Source: Alloascoidea hylecoeti
Lineage: Eukaryota
DNA: 64,000 nucleotides
Direction of reading: 5' to 3'
Assembly: GCA_001600815.1 (NCBI GenBank)
Contig: BCKZ01000003.1
Location: forward strand, 1,103,474-1,167,473
Positions 61,870-64,000 of the stretch are shown here, piece by piece. The notes under the pieces are model-generated. The model did no database searches, was not told the origin of the DNA, and was given only the letters and a program-made list of their open reading frames with translations. Position 1 is the first letter of the stretch. The number at the start of each line of letters is the position of its first letter. Made by a program: the position numbers and the translations under genes.

Positions 61870-63558
61870 ATTACTTTATAACGCTATACCGCAGATTAGC
61901 GATAAGGCATTATTTTGGAAATTTCAGTCAAGTTTATAAATAAATATATGAATATAAATATAGGTGGATAAGTATATTTATGATTATCTATGTATAAAAA
62001 TAATATAAATGAGAAATATATAAAATATGATAGGTTTGAAGATAAATAGTTAGTGATTATAATATGAATAACTGGGTTGTTACATTTATGAAATATCAAT
62101 CGAAGTATTACAAGCTCTCTATTTATTCATGGCAATTTATATCCTGGAATGAAGTTTAATTATAAGTAAATTAATAATATGAATGATAACAAGATTGCCT
62201 ATAAACTTATACCACATACAATAATTATAGTGTAGTTATAGTGTATTTAATTACAACTATATCCTACCATTATTATGAGTAATGATTGCCGGCCGTGGAT
62301 ATTGGGGGGCCACATATGCTGACTGTCCCAGATAATCAAATAATTATGTTGTAGGAACTATATTAGCGGCAGAGATTAGCAGTTCCACTCCTAATTCCCT
62401 ATGTTAGAAATATTCGGTATTTTCTTTTTCGGCATAAGGGGACTAACGGTTCCGCATCGGGTGATACAATACTCCGTATTTCCTTTGGGTATATTTGGTG
62501 GGTTAGTCAAAAATTTGGAGGTTGTTGATCATAGAAAACAAAAAGTTCGGTGTTCAAATAATAGTCGAATGTTCTAACCAAAAGAATAGGAAATACTAAT
62601 ACTGAACTTTATTCCTTCTCCCTAAAAAAGAGCTAATTTGGAGTAGAAACACTATATATAATTAGTGCTACATATTTATATATGATAGTACTTTATAATT
62701 ATTATACGGTGATCAATTAATAGCAATTAATATTACAAGTCCGAATAAATGCAATCTAAAGCTCGAGTATTCTGCGGTTGCATACGTATAAAGTTGTAAA
62801 ATATAATGCTAAGATAAATTTTAGTTAATTCTAAAGGTCATGGAATTGCTATTAATTTAAAAAATCAACATGGGAGAAATTTTATTGTCCATAGCCTCAG
62901 CTAAAGTCATTTATAGAGGTACAAAAGTCATCGTCATTATAATCATGCTAATGATGAGTGTAATGCATGTTCTGTATTCAATTCAAAACGGTTCGAATTC
63001 ATGCAATTGCAATGGATGGTAGATCAAAGATAAAGATGCACTGCCTGTAGATATATTGTTTGCAGTGGCTATTATAACGTAAGCGCAACAACTGAGATGA
63101 GTTGAACTTTGTAATTCTTACAATTGGTGAAGATAACCGGCACATGTGAGATGCATATAATGGAGGTTACATAATTACCGAGTATTCTATGAAGCTAAAA
63201 TATGTTGAGGAAGCCGTTGAAGACAGAATAGACAGTGACCACATATTAAACAAAGTCATTGAATGTTGATGATGAATATAGAATATAATTATAGAATGGC
63301 CAATTTTAGTATCTCAGAAAGTCCAAAAACGTCACAAACAAGTTAGAAATGGAAATGCAAATTTACTAAATTTAACCACCACCAGGAAAATTATAATAGA
63401 CGCAGACAAAATAATATTAAAAATGTTGTTGCCTTTAGGACCAACTAGAACTTTTCTTGAGATATAAAACTCCACGGTTTCCATCACTGGGGTGCTTTTT
63501 GTTCCTTTCTACCATATATACATTACTTGTCCTAACTCAATCATTAATTACAACTATC

Positions 63559-64000
63559 ATGGCGACTGCAACTATTGATGTCGTTAGACTACTAGAGATA
63601 GTACTAAATGGTGTTAGTGCTATTAATACCAAGGTTAAAGAAGCAAGACAGATGGATAATCGTGTAATCGATTTGTTGGTGAGCTTTACTGAATCTTCTT
63701 ATCGTTTAGAAAAATATAGGACGAAAATTGATAATTTAGATGAAGATGATGCAAGAATGGCTATGAACTTACTAAGGCCGGTCCAAACGCGAATAGTTCA
63801 GGCAAATGAATTATTTTTATATTATTGTGGTGAGGATTTGGACCCAAACACAACCGATGATGCCGATTTTGAATCAAAGGCGCCAAGATTTGTAAAACAG
63901 ACGAAATGGGATAGGGATAGAGAATATCTAACAACTATGGCAGCTGATGTTGTTAAATATACAGATAATTTCATAAAATTTATGGATGATCGGCAAAAAG
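63559..64000 (+). CDS. 5' part of a paralog of the NLR N-terminal (HeLo-like) domain; truncated by the window edge
   Basis: MATATIDVVRLLEIVLNGVSAINTKVKEARQMDNRVIDLLVSFTESSYRLEKY...LLRPVQTRI...PRFVKQTKWDRDREYLTTMAADVVKYTDNFIKFMDD aligns residue by residue with aa ~1-140 of the 48622-52551 protein. It is not in the ORF track because no stop is reached. Confidence 0.9.
   Translation, partial: MATATIDVVRLLEIVLNGVSAINTKVKEARQMDNRVIDLLVSFTESSYRLEKYRTKIDNLDEDDARMAMNLLRPVQTRIVQANELFLYYCGEDLDPNTTDDADFESKAPRFVKQTKWDRDREYLTTMAADVVKYTDNFIKFMDDRQK

Noticed and set aside
468..62099. Most 60-116 aa ORFs in the track
   Set aside because: Antisense or alternate-frame shadows of real genes, or low-complexity AT-rich frames with non-ATG starts and no recognisable motifs.

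Overview
AT-rich eukaryotic window from a yeast-like ascomycete, most likely Saccharomycotina. Evidence: short GTATGT/GTAAGT introns with (T/G)ACTAAC-like branch points, a U3 snoRNA with an intron at the S. cerevisiae position, and recognisable CDC3, RMD5, MKT1, CCC1, SEN54 and THI5. Housekeeping genes are interleaved with long TE-littered intergenic stretches (pogo/Fot1 and LINE remnants, two pseudogenes, one N-gap). The most unusual elements are: (1) an intronless 1309-aa fungal NLR (helical HeLo-like N-terminus, NB-ARC, TPR) with a second gene starting at 63559 that carries the same N-terminal domain, although NLRs are mainly described from filamentous fungi; (2) a tandem pair of orphan genes with a near-identical, possibly copia-Gag-derived N-terminus and a diverged C-terminal domain; (3) a tandem pair of secreted CBM1-CBM1-expansin-like (DPBB) genes; (4) a catalytically dead, apparently domesticated pogo transposase; (5) a 5'-truncated LINE remnant just upstream of a tRNA-Gly; (6) a speculative telomerase-RNA-like template. 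All calls come from reading the sequence; no database search was run.
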